64,000 bases of DNA from an uncultured cyanobacterium (lineage in GTDB: Bacteria > Cyanobacteriota > Cyanobacteriia > Cyanobacteriales > CAWCAG01). The translations under genes and the position numbers were made by a program. Positions 10,810 to 20,901 of the stretch are shown here, in pieces (within the stretch, counting starts at the first letter, position 1; each line of letters starts with the position of its first letter). The notes below the pieces were generated by a model. The model worked only from the letters and a program-made list of their open reading frames with translations, did no database searches and had not been told where the DNA came from. The DNA lies in the NCBI GenBank assembly GCA_963793425.1, contig CAWCAG010000007.1, positions 1,157,397-1,221,396 of the forward strand, in the 5' to 3' direction.

Positions 10810-11489
10810 CTATCTAATCGATAAATCAGACAACAAAGTTAAATGCAAATCACTATTGGGGTAAACAGCAATCATTTCTACCTCTTTTGTTACCAAGAAG
10901 TAATTCATTCATAACTTCAAGAAAAGTACCACCCAAAAGTTCTGTCGGAATTTCAGGGCTACCACCATTTATTACCTCTGTTAAAGCCCCAACTGCCACG
11001 CTAACAACCGTATTTTTCAGCTTTTCTCCAGACTGACTATCTTTGTCTAAAGTCTCGCTACGAGTAACAATACCAGAAGTTGCTTCTAAACTATAGCGCT
11101 GATCTTCCCCAATAACTAATTCCTGAGCCAAAAATTGCATACCATTACTTATCGGTTGCAGTTGCCCCAAAATTCTACTTCCTTGGGGAATAACCAATTT
11201 GCCTTGACTATCCTGAATATCTGCGGCGACAGTTAAGGTTAAAGCCATTGTTTCATCCTTAGTTACCAAAAGCTTATCAGCACCTTTATAATTAACCAAA
11301 ATTTCCTGACCAGAAGGAACAACTAAATTTTCAGAATTATTAAAAGGTAAGGAAGTTTCATTCTCTTCTAGGTTAGGAATTTGTGCTGTTGCAGCGGTTG
11401 CAGATAAAATTGTTCCAGTAACAAAAGTACTGAACAGTATTATCGGGAGAGCAGATTTAACTAATTTTTGGGGAAGAATAGATAGACAT
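10810..11489 (-). CDS. Secreted hypothetical protein (TrbI-like / S-layer-associated cyanobacterial family), apparently frameshifted near both ends
   Basis: Frame of ORF 10853-11299 extends upstream into a signal-peptide-like stretch; ATG at 11489 is out of frame; a plausible C-terminus (KEVEMIAVYPNSDLHLTL) lies in another frame ending at 10810. Confidence 0.55.
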
Positions 11490-11557
11490 AGGGAGTATGG
11501 CGCTAATTTTGGTGTAGGGTTATCAGCAAAAGACGAGGAGAGAGACTAGTTAGTTTC

Positions 11558-12172
11558 TTAAGCCCATACCCGGCGTAAATCTAAAACAAAACCCTGTAAA
11601 ACTTCTTCACCAGATAACTCAGCAGGATTTTCTAACACTTCTACTTCTTTTCCTAATCGATAAATTTCTACTCGCCTCTGCTTGGGATCAATCAACCAAC
11701 CCAGTTTTGCCCCATTTTCAATATACTCTCTCATTTTTTCTTGCAAAGACTTAAGGGTATCGGAACTAGAACGTAATTCTACTACAAAATCGGGACAAAT
11801 ATGAGCGAAAGTGCCTTTTTGTTCTATAGTTAGAGCATCCCAACCTTCTTGACTAACCCAACAAGCATCAGGGGAACGGATTGCGCCATTAGGTAACGTG
11901 AAGCCAGTGGAAGAGTCAAATACTTTACCCGAATCTTCGATTTCTTTGTACCAACAATAAAGTTGCCCCGTCAGGCTACTATTACGTCTCCCAGTTTCCC
12001 AACCTGTAGGTGGATTCACAATTAACTCTCCCTGTGATGTTCTTTCCATTCTCACGTCTCGGTTTACTGCGGCTAGGGCTGCAAACTGTTCCTGGGTGAC
12101 GCTTAATTTAATTGTTTTAGGCAACTCAATCAACAGTGTTTCCGCTTCAAGTTTAGGGGGGGTTTGTACCAT
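11558..12172 (-). CDS. Uma2 family endonuclease (DUF820)
   Basis: FDSSTGFTLPNGAIRSPDA, CPDFVVELRS, KMREYIENGAKLGWLIDP. Confidence 0.92.
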   Translation of the reverse strand: MVQTPPKLEAETLLIELPKTIKLSVTQEQFAALAAVNRDVRMERTSQGELIVNPPTGWETGRRNSSLTGQLYCWYKEIEDSGKVFDSSTGFTLPNGAIRSPDACWVSQEGWDALTIEQKGTFAHICPDFVVELRSSSDTLKSLQEKMREYIENGAKLGWLIDPKQRRVEIYRLGKEVEVLENPAELSGEEVLQGFVLDLRRVWA

Positions 12173-12507
12173 TTTGTCTTCCTCTTTTTCATCTTCAGAT
12201 AAGATTATGCAAGTGGCGTGATATGCCTAAGATATTGCCATAGTAGGGGCGGGTTTTAAATCAAACTATAACTAAGTTTAGGTGTTGCAAATTGATACAA
12301 AACTTTACAAAAAATGCGGCGTTTTTTTGATTTTTAGGCGCGGTTTTGGTTTATAATTAAAAATGTTATAATGGGAGTGGTAGCTCTAAAATTTTAACAC
12401 CAATATTCCCATTATGAAACTGTTTAATTCTACTTTATAATAATACCATAAAATCGGTTGTGATTAATCGGCAACCTTTAAGTTTGTCATAAATCTAAAA
12501 CATGAGT

Positions 12508-14773
12508 TTACATAACACTAGTTTTAGTATATTGCTGCCACATTTGTTGATAGGCTCTCTCCATTTCCCTAGTAAATTGTTTGGCATTCCAAAGGGGTGA
12601 AGTTTGCCTTGATTTCCTAAGCTGCCAAGCCACTTCTTGGCGTAAAGCTGCATCTTTCCCTAAACGAATTCCCCACTCTACATACTCTTCATCACTCCAA
12701 GCAATTCCTGCTTCCACACCAACATTTTTCATCATTGTATAGCTATTGCGGGCAGCAAATTGTTCTCCTACTCTAGTTACTAAAGGTATACCCATCCATA
12801 AAGTTTCTAAGGTTGTGGTTGCACCGTTGTAGGGATAGGTATCTAATACTATATCGGCGATACCTAAGTTAGCCCGATGAATTTCTTCAGAAGCAACTTT
12901 AGGTAAAAATCTTAACCTTTCTACATCTACCCCTTCTTCAATAGCAATTTGGGTAAAAAACTTTTTAATTGATTCTTCGTCAGCTAAACCTTTAATTAAG
13001 AAGTAACTATTAGGTACTTCCTTGATAATTTTCATTTGCAACCTTGCGGTGTGGGGATGGCGTTTATAGCCTGTTTGGGCGCTAAGATAAATGACTGCAT
13101 CTTCTGGAATGTTAAGTTCATCTCGACGCAAAGTAGGTACACCAATTTCAAACCCATCTACGGCAATATAGGTGTTAGGTAAACGCCAGATTTTGGCGGT
13201 GTAATATTCTGAGGCTGATTCAGGTAAGACGTAGGGATCGGCGATGAAATAATCTATTGCAGGGATACCGGAAGCGTCAGTACCTAACCAAGTTATTTGT
13301 ATTGGTGCAGGTTTGAGTGCCATTACACCACAGACTCCGCTAGAGGTTAAGCTATCTAAATCAATGAGAATATCAATTTCATCTTCATATATTTGTTGGG
13401 CTATTTCCTGAACTGTTTTTAGATTAGACACATCTCGGAAATGAGTAACAGATTGGGTAATATCAGCTTGTACGTTATCATTTGTTACTATCAAGAGAAT
13501 AGGCATAAACAGTAAACTTTTCTTTATTATGATGTTGAAATAGCCAACGAGATATCCAGCCTACAGAATGTCTGCGTAAACAGCCAGATAAATAACCTAT
13601 TTTAAGATTTCTTCTGTTTTGTTGGCAAGAGTTGAAAGAAAATTTTGTTTCTTTTGAAGTATGATAAGCTTGGATTCCCTCTTGGCAGTAAGCAGCAAAC
13701 TTGATTGCGTAAAGAGTGACTTTTTTGGGGTTCATCAGCGAAATAATTAGAAAAAGAAACTGTACCAAATAAATTAATCAAATGGTCTTCTCTGATTTGA
13801 CTATTGTAAGAAATTAATTCTTCTATTAAATTTTTTAATCCTACTATAAGTGTTCTTGTGCCTCTTGCCAATATCCTCCAGCTTGCATTAAACCTCTAAC
13901 TTGTAGATAATGAGCAGCAATTTTATCTTCTAGCAACTCAGCAGTCAGCTAGCATTTCTTCTAGCATATTTAGTACTCCTTTTAAATATTCTCCTGTATC
14001 TTGATAAAGGTTAGCTAGGTTAGCTAAAATAGGTATATTCATTTGGTTGTATTTGGTATACATAGTTCTACAAATTTAACTGCTATTGTAGGAGGTGAAC
14101 TAGTTACTAATGTTGATGTTTTAGTAAATAATATATGTTTAACTTTTTTATGCATTTCAATCAGAATTATTTGCTAGAAAGATACTATATTTGGCTAACT
14201 TAAGAGTATCAGTATGTAGCGGATGATGCTCTAGTAATTGCTCTAATACAGTTAAGAAAAGATTTATATCTATTTCTCCAAATGTGCGTCTCATTTTCGT
14301 CAGAATGCCCTTGTTGGGAAATAATAATTTTTGTAGGAGATAAAAATCCTCTCGCCCATTATCTCCAGAAATTCTACTAATTGTGATAAATCTTGTTCTT
14401 CTTCAGTAAATAGTTTGGCTTTTATAGAAAGATAGATTATGTTTAAAAGATTATTAACATCATTAGGGATAATTTCTTGAATATGTTGCCTAATTAACCA
14501 AGCAGTTTGATAATCTTGCTTTTCTGCAAATCTTATTGCTTCTTTTTTAAGAATTTCTACTAATTCTTTTGTCCATAATTCAACTTGTTTTGTATCTCCT
14601 TCTGACATAGCAAAAAGCCAGGTCATTTGCGCTTCAGCTTCTTGTCCTTGAAGTAATAGGAGTAAACCTAAATACCAATAGTTAGGTTTAACTTCAGGTT
14701 CATTTTCAATAATTTTCTCATATATATTTGCAGCTTTTGTATTCTCTTTAATTAAGTATTGAAACCCATTCAT
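12508..14773 (-). CDS. SPINDLY/O-GlcNAc transferase family glycosyltransferase (GT41) with N-terminal TPRs, split by several frameshifts
   Basis: Collinear fragments: TPR (YWYLGLLLLLQGQEAEAQMTW), LKIGYLSGCLRRHSVGW, DILIDLD, APIQITWLG, LDTYPYNGATTTLETLWMGIP. Confidence 0.88.
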
Positions 14774-14801
14774 TTAATCATCAACTCAAAAACTTACTTA
14801 T

Positions 14802-14842
14802 AAAAACAATGAGGTGGGTAAATTTCGATTTACCCACCTCAT
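14802..14842 (-). terminator. Intrinsic terminator downstream of the pilin gene
   Basis: Perfect 15-bp stem ATGAGGTGGGTAAAT / ATTTACCCACCTCAT with 4-nt loop, followed on the minus strand by TGTTTTT. Confidence 0.8.
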
Positions 14843-14945
14843 CAACTTGACTCAAAAAGATAAGACTAAGCTTAAGTACCAAATGCCATAAGTCTTGCTA
14901 TCTTAATAACAAAAAGTCAACTAACTAATCAAGAAAACTAGTGTT

Positions 14946-15525
14946 TTACTTAATGGCTTTTTGATTGGCTGCATTACAAGTAATCCCAGTTACTGCGGGG
15001 GGAGTACCCACAAGTGTAGGATCAACCATAGCAGCAGCAGCATTAGTAGCATTTACAGGGTCTTTTGTTTCACAAACTGCGCTAGGGTCGTTGCTTCACC
15101 AGTACCCCCCCCCGCTGTAGTTCCTACGACTGTTGCACCTACATATCCTTTGAGAACAGCAGTATCAGTAGCAGGAGTCGTGGGCTGAGCTTTGGCAGTA
15201 ACCCCACTACTTCTTCAATTATATACTTAAAGTTTTCTGTTTGAGTTGGAATACCAAGTCCTAAATCACCAAAATTAGCTTGGACTGTAACAAATTTCGG
15301 ACTTTTCAAGATGTAAGCTTGCTGCGCTCTGTTAATAGAACCAATGTTAGTTTTGGCTTCTGATGCTCTAGCTTTGTTGGCTTGGTTTAAGAATGCAGGT
15401 AAAGCAATAGCAGAAAGAATACCAATAATAATAATTACAACCAGTAGCTCAATTAGGGTAAAACCTGCATTGGCTTTTTTGTTATTTAGGTATTGAAGAT
15501 ATTTTACCTTTAAATCGCTCTTCAT
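14946..15525 (-). CDS. pilA: Type IV pilin (cyanobacterial PilA-like), with two apparent frameshifts in the C-terminal half
   Basis: Prepilin cleavage motif G|FTLIELLVVIIIIGILSAIALP; downstream frames continue LKGYVGA..GEATTLA and AVCET...CNAANQKAIK* (stop 14946-14948). Confidence 0.88.
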
Positions 15526-15606
15526 AAATGTTCTTTCCTTTAAGGCGGGCAGTATTGTGTTTCTTCTGGATGTAACTTACCCATTTAGCCAATCTTTGAT
15601 ATCATC

Positions 15607-16938
15607 TCAAGTCGAAATATCAGACTCAATAAGCAAATAGCCTTCTCTTTCTAGCTTGGTTAGTGCTTGTCGTAATATTTTCTCTGCATCTTCTTCAGTG
15701 ACAGGATTTAAAGTTAAAGGATTGGTAGGATGTAACTGGCTGTATCTTGTTACTAAAGCTTGATAGTCTGAGGTGAGTTGCAGTAGGGGCAAAAGACAGA
15801 CAGTAATTGTGCTATCAATAAGACAAGTTTTCCAGTAATGGGCAAATGCTGATTGATGATAAATGGTCGGAATTGTGTCGATGCTATCTGACCATATCTT
15901 CTTCAACTACTGGTGTTACAAGTTGGGGATGAAGACGAACAATAGTTTTTTGCCAATGAGAATTATCCCACTCCTCAATAGGTAGGGAAGTTATCTTTTG
16001 TTGCGGATACCCAAACCAAAAGTCTAGCAAGCGATGGACAGGATGTAATAACTCAAACAATCGTAGTTGCTCTTCTGGAGAAATATCTGGTAAGCTCATA
16101 CCAAGGAAAGGCTGGTAAGTTGTCTGGCTCTTTAAACAAATTCATTAAATCCCATTGCCACCAATTTACCATGCTAATAAATTCTAATTCAGCACTTCGA
16201 AACAGAGAAAATACTTCCGGGATAGTAAAGCCTTTGTCTTCCAGAAACAAGTAATTCATAAAGTAATTGATATTTTATCGTCCGTTCTATTCTGCTTCCA
16301 AGTATTGCTTTTAAGACAACTCCATCTTTGAGAGAATCCATTATTTCTTTGACTGTCTCTATTTCAAATTCACCAGGGTTTTCATCCATCAAACCCATCA
16401 TTTTAAACATTTCTTGAGCGCGAAAGTAGTAAACTCGCTGTAAGGAACTATGAAAGTTGCCTCTGATAATTCCTTCTGGTTTGAGAACTGATTTAAGAAC
16501 TTTTAAACCAGCAATAGGATCTGGCAACAGATAAAGAACTTCGTCGCAATTGATGTAGTCAAACTTTAAACCAAGTTGTGGTAAGTCTTCTATGGAAAGG
16601 ACATGAAACTCAAAGTTGGCTATGCCATGATGTTTGAATCTTTCTTGAGAACGTTCAATTGACTTAGGAGAAAGATCAATACCAATAATCTTTGCTCCTG
16701 GATTGGCTTCTGCTAAAACCAAGCTGGTGTAACCACTACCACAACCTGCATCAAGAATAATTTTACCTTCTGTGTTAATTACTTTTTTGTTTTTGATGTA
16801 GTAAGGAGTAACTAAATTATGAATATATAGGGATGCAGGAGAATCTTTAGCTGACTTTTCTAGAGGTATGTTGGGGTAGACAACATCATCAAACTGTTGG
16901 CGGATTTTATCGTGTGCTTCTGAGGTTTTATCGTTCAT
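15607..16938 (-). CDS. Class I SAM-dependent methyltransferase (~440 aa), split by frameshifts
   Basis: ILDAGCGSG motif I and FDYINCDEVLY; collinear fragments DKGFTIPE, LFELLHPVHRLLDFW. Confidence 0.85.
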
Positions 16939-16998
16939 AAATTTAGTTTCGTTACACCTGCGCCGCTAAGTATGCCCTTTTTTCGCAGATAAACAGGC

Positions 16999-17062
16999 AG
17001 CCAGCGAATTAATTCGCTGGCTCATAGCTGAAGTCATCTGAAGATGACTGAAGGTTAACCTT
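16999..17062. repeat. REP-like palindrome cluster
   Basis: 24-bp perfect palindrome AGCCAGCGAATTAATTCGCTGGCT, then AGTCATCT-GA-AGATGACT and AAGGTTAACCTT. Confidence 0.7.
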
Positions 17063-17404
17063 TGTAAACAATCTGTGGAAGGGCGATCGCAATTGAGGGA
17101 ATTGGCAGGGTACAAAAATCATTTAAGCAGGTTGCTCCTAACAGAGTGCGATCGCAACTCATTCTCAAATTCTTTGCAGGTTAGATGTTTACCGCCTTTG
17201 CTAATTCCAAAGAAAGCTCCCAACCCCGCTCCGACAAAATATTTTTTTTGTTGAAAAGTGAATTTTATCTGATGAGATAATTATAACATAAATTTGGCTC
17301 GAAGCGATTATTTTACAGCAATTGCATAAATTTCTGAAAGGGCGGTGCGATCGCAACCAAACTAATATGGCTATAATTATCTAAATCCTGCCCTTGCCTC
17401 AACC

Positions 17405-18202
17405 ATGCCCTCTCCATTTCCTGGGATGAATCCCTACCTAGAAAATCCTCATCTTTGGTCAGAGGTTCATCATCGTTTAATTACAGCAAGTGCGATCGCC
17501 CTAGGTAGCCAACTGCGCCCCAAATATCGTGCAGCAATTGAAAAACGGATCTACCTCTTAGATGAAGAAGGCAATGGCAGTAAAGCTAATTTGGTAGGTA
17601 TTCCTGATGTTTCTATAACCCGATCTAAGTCTAAACCATCTCAGAGGGAGCCTCAAGTTGCCTTATCTTCTCCCGAACAAGCTGTTCGAGTTACCATACC
17701 GATACCAGAGGAGATCACAGAAGGGTATATAGAAATTGTTGATGTAGAAAATAAATCTGTAGTAACAGTAATTGAAGTCCTTTCTCCTACCAACAAATTG
17801 GCAGGAGTTGGTAGAAATAAATATGAGGAAAAACGTAGAGAAATAATTAGCTCTGCGATCAATCTAGTAGAAATTGATTTACTCAGAAGTGGGAAGGCAA
17901 TGCCAGTAGTTGAACAACTTCCCCAAAAAGATTATCGCTTGTTAGTAGCTCCTAGTAATCAACGTCCCTATGCAAGTTTATATAATTTTAGCCTACAGCA
18001 AGAGATACCCATCTTGTTTATTCCCTTGCGTCATGATGAGCGGCAACCAAAACTAGACTTGCAAAGTTTGTTACATGAAGTTTATGACCAGGCAGCATTA
18101 GATTTAACAATAGATTATACTGCCGAACCAATACCACAATTGCACGGAGAAAATAAGTTGTGGTTAGATAACTTGCTTAAACAGCAAGGATTGCGTTTTT
18201 AA
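17405..18202 (+). CDS. DUF4058 family protein (PD-(D/E)XK-like)
   Basis: MPSPFPGMNPYLE..W.EVH N-terminus; IEVLSPTNK; LVEIDLLR. Confidence 0.9.
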   Translation: MPSPFPGMNPYLENPHLWSEVHHRLITASAIALGSQLRPKYRAAIEKRIYLLDEEGNGSKANLVGIPDVSITRSKSKPSQREPQVALSSPEQAVRVTIPIPEEITEGYIEIVDVENKSVVTVIEVLSPTNKLAGVGRNKYEEKRREIISSAINLVEIDLLRSGKAMPVVEQLPQKDYRLLVAPSNQRPYASLYNFSLQQEIPILFIPLRHDERQPKLDLQSLLHEVYDQAALDLTIDYTAEPIPQLHGENKLWLDNLLKQQGLRF

Positions 18203-18231
18203 AAACTGTTGCACTATTTTACGATGCTTGT

Positions 18232-18849
18232 TTAAATTTTTCGGAGTTGGCTAGAATCAATAATTTCTTCAACAGTTAACTTTAATTCTGGGAAGGTGGC
18301 AGAGATAACTTGATCTTTGCCTTGGAAAGATTTAACTTGATACTGAGCAGCAACTAATTGGTAAACGAAAATAGTAGGAACTTTGGGATAGCCAAGATAA
18401 TTACGACTAGCGATCGCTAAATAGTCCACAATCCAATATTCTTTAATCCCCAAACGTTGATACTCATCAAGTTTGTCAATATAATCATCATCCCAATTAG
18501 TAGAAGCAACTTCTACAGCAAGTTGGATCGGTTCATTTAAAGCGCCATAGGCAGTAACATTAGAGTTCCGTTGGAATTTACTAACAACACCAACATCTGG
18601 GTTTCTACCTTGTTCTATTCCTTCGGCTGTTACAGTTCTAATTACTATATCTTTGTCAACAATGTAGTCTAATTCTAAGCGTCTGATTTCATCGTTAAAG
18701 GCAAAAGTCAAAAATCTGGCAACATTTTTATGGGCCCTGGTTGGTTCCAATTTGATAATTTCTCCATTAACTAGCTCGTAGAAACCACTCCCATCTGGGT
18801 ATTGTTCCAAGAATTCTTCAAAGGTTAGCTTAACTGGAGTTACGACCAT
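18232..18849 (-). CDS. Uma2 family endonuclease
   Basis: YELVNGE, PDV, AVEVAS, YQRLGIKEYWIVD. Confidence 0.9.
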   Translation of the reverse strand: MVVTPVKLTFEEFLEQYPDGSGFYELVNGEIIKLEPTRAHKNVARFLTFAFNDEIRRLELDYIVDKDIVIRTVTAEGIEQGRNPDVGVVSKFQRNSNVTAYGALNEPIQLAVEVASTNWDDDYIDKLDEYQRLGIKEYWIVDYLAIASRNYLGYPKVPTIFVYQLVAAQYQVKSFQGKDQVISATFPELKLTVEEIIDSSQLRKI

Positions 18850-18911
18850 CGGAAATTTCCCAACTCTTGCAGATATAACCATTGTATATTGCTCCTGACC
18901 CTAATTCTAAA

Positions 18912-19787
18912 TCATAAAGATTCAATCTCTTCTCTAGAAAGTTGAGTTATTTCTATAATCGTCTCCACATCTAAACCTCTCTGTTTACAGGAGCGGGCTA
19001 TGGCTATTCTTTCTTCTTGCCTTCCTCTAACTTCTGCCTGTTCAATCTTCCATTGCGTCTCAAACTCTTGGGTACTCAACATACTCGCTTCGTAACTTTT
19101 GTTTTGCATATAACGAGAGTAAGCAACTCTTTCTTGTTCTGACAAATTATTTACCAGCAGAGTTTCTTTTGCTTCTAGCATCCCCTTAGCGACAAATTCT
19201 TCTTTGATATTGCTATTTTTCAGGAAGTAAATCCATTCATCTAAAGGTGTATTAGCTACATCATTAAAATTATTAACTTTAAGTAAGTAATATTCAGGAA
19301 AAATATCTGCTACTGCTTCTATCTTGAACTTAACTTCTTGGCTTTTTAAAGGTTGAAGAATATCTCTATTATTAATCCCGACAAAATTGCCGCGATGATG
19401 ATAAATATAGTCGTCTCCCACACCAAGATTAAAGTAAACAATGTTAACAGAATAAATTTTCCTAATCTTGCCGTATTGTTCCCCTTCCTGCAAATATTCA
19501 ACAACTAACCTAGAAGCGCCATAAAGCATCCGGTGGAAGTAATCTAATTGGGAATTATTCTGTACTTCAACCAGAATCAATTCTCCTTCTGGTGTTTCAG
19601 CAAGAATATCTACTCGATTAGTTTTATCTTCTTGAGTCTGTTGATTACCTTCACTTTCTAGGAGGGTTTTAATTGTAAGTTCCTGGTGTAATAATTCACT
19701 CAAGAACCCTTCTAAGACTACATAATTAGCCTTGTTACGTAATATTCTTTTAATAGCCCAGTCAAAACGAATATGTGTATTTGACAT
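18912..19787 (-). CDS. Rpn family PD-(D/E)XK nuclease
   Basis: RFDWAIKRILRNKAN, NRVDIL, ILVEVQ, RMLYG, LDEWIYFLK. Confidence 0.9.
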   Translation of the reverse strand: MSNTHIRFDWAIKRILRNKANYVVLEGFLSELLHQELTIKTLLESEGNQQTQEDKTNRVDILAETPEGELILVEVQNNSQLDYFHRMLYGASRLVVEYLQEGEQYGKIRKIYSVNIVYFNLGVGDDYIYHHRGNFVGINNRDILQPLKSQEVKFKIEAVADIFPEYYLLKVNNFNDVANTPLDEWIYFLKNSNIKEEFVAKGMLEAKETLLVNNLSEQERVAYSRYMQNKSYEASMLSTQEFETQWKIEQAEVRGRQEERIAIARSCKQRGLDVETIIEITQLSREEIESL

Positions 19788-19841
19788 TTTCTTTTACTAC
19801 TTAAAAATCTATGTGAACCAAATTAACCAACTATAAATTAA

Positions 19842-20705
19842 TCATAAAGATTCAATCTCTTCTCTAGAGAGTTGGGTTATTTCTATAATCGTTTCCACAT
19901 CTAAACCTCTTTGTTTACAAGAACGAGCTATGGCTATTTTTTCTTGTCGAATACCTTCTTCCTTACCTTCTTCTCTGCCTTCTTCTCTGCCTTCTTTTCT
20001 TGCAAAACGCAATGCACCTCTCCTATCTTGCCAGAACATTTCTTGTCTATGCACCTTCTCCAATTCTTTAACAGTTAAGTCTGCTTGATTAGCAATATTT
20101 AAAGCTTGTTCTATTTGGGGAACTTGTCTCATTTTTTCAGGAATTACTTCTAAGCTAGGAGCTTCTTTGATGAAGTATATCCACTTGTCTGTGATACTCT
20201 CCAATTCTTCTAAGTTTTTAGTAAACTTAGGTAGTTCCACAAACACAATCCTTAATTCATTCTCTTGATAACCAAAGTGTTCTTCTTCTTCCTGAAAGCA
20301 AAAACGGTTGATTACTTTTGTTGTAGAGGAGAATAACTTAAAATCAGTAATTGTCAAAGCAATAATAGGAGTGAGTTCATAATATGCCTGTCCTGAATCT
20401 AGCTGGTTGCCATAGCTTTTACACAAGTTATACACAACTCGTTTTTCAAATGCTTCCACGTTAGAAACTTGCATCTCAATGATTACAGTGGTTTTATCTG
20501 CCAATACGGCTTTGACATCAAGATAACTGTCTTTTAAAACAGAAACATCACCAGCATTGTAGGGGTCAATAATTTCAAGATCATGAATGATTGAATCTCC
20601 TGAATAAATGATAGCATTAAGGAAGGAAATCAAGATATCTTTACTTCTATCTGAACCAAATATTTTCTTAAAAGCGAAGTCTGTTTTCGGACTAATGAAT
20701 CTCAT
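19842..20705 (-). CDS. Rpn family PD-(D/E)XK nuclease
   Basis: FISPKTDFAFKKIFG, YLDVKA, IIEMQ, FVELPKF, DKWIYFIK, EG-repeat tail. Confidence 0.92.
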   Translation of the reverse strand: MRFISPKTDFAFKKIFGSDRSKDILISFLNAIIYSGDSIIHDLEIIDPYNAGDVSVLKDSYLDVKAVLADKTTVIIEMQVSNVEAFEKRVVYNLCKSYGNQLDSGQAYYELTPIIALTITDFKLFSSTTKVINRFCFQEEEEHFGYQENELRIVFVELPKFTKNLEELESITDKWIYFIKEAPSLEVIPEKMRQVPQIEQALNIANQADLTVKELEKVHRQEMFWQDRRGALRFARKEGREEGREEGKEEGIRQEKIAIARSCKQRGLDVETIIEITQLSREEIESL

Positions 20706-20901
20706 TTTTGTTAAAGATTGATGGTGGTTTTTGAATTAATTAGTTACTTAAATAATAACAGTTAAAATTAAGGAAAAGGCTTGAGAAATTATCGAGATGC
20801 ACTTCAAGAAGATTAAGCATCATTACCATCCGGACAAAATGCAGTTTCAAAATCTGCTATACTAATCTAAAGTGAAGTCGTTATGAGTTGCACATAAAAT
20901 C

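Noticed and set aside
15105..15113. G9 tract in the pilin as a phase-variation switch
   Set aside because: The frame reads through the tract (AGGGTGE); the observed frameshifts lie elsewhere
18911..19945. Near-identical ~105-bp pair as a diversity-generating retroelement TR/VR
   Set aside because: Mismatches are not adenine-specific, nearly all are synonymous, both copies are coding, and no reverse transcriptase is present
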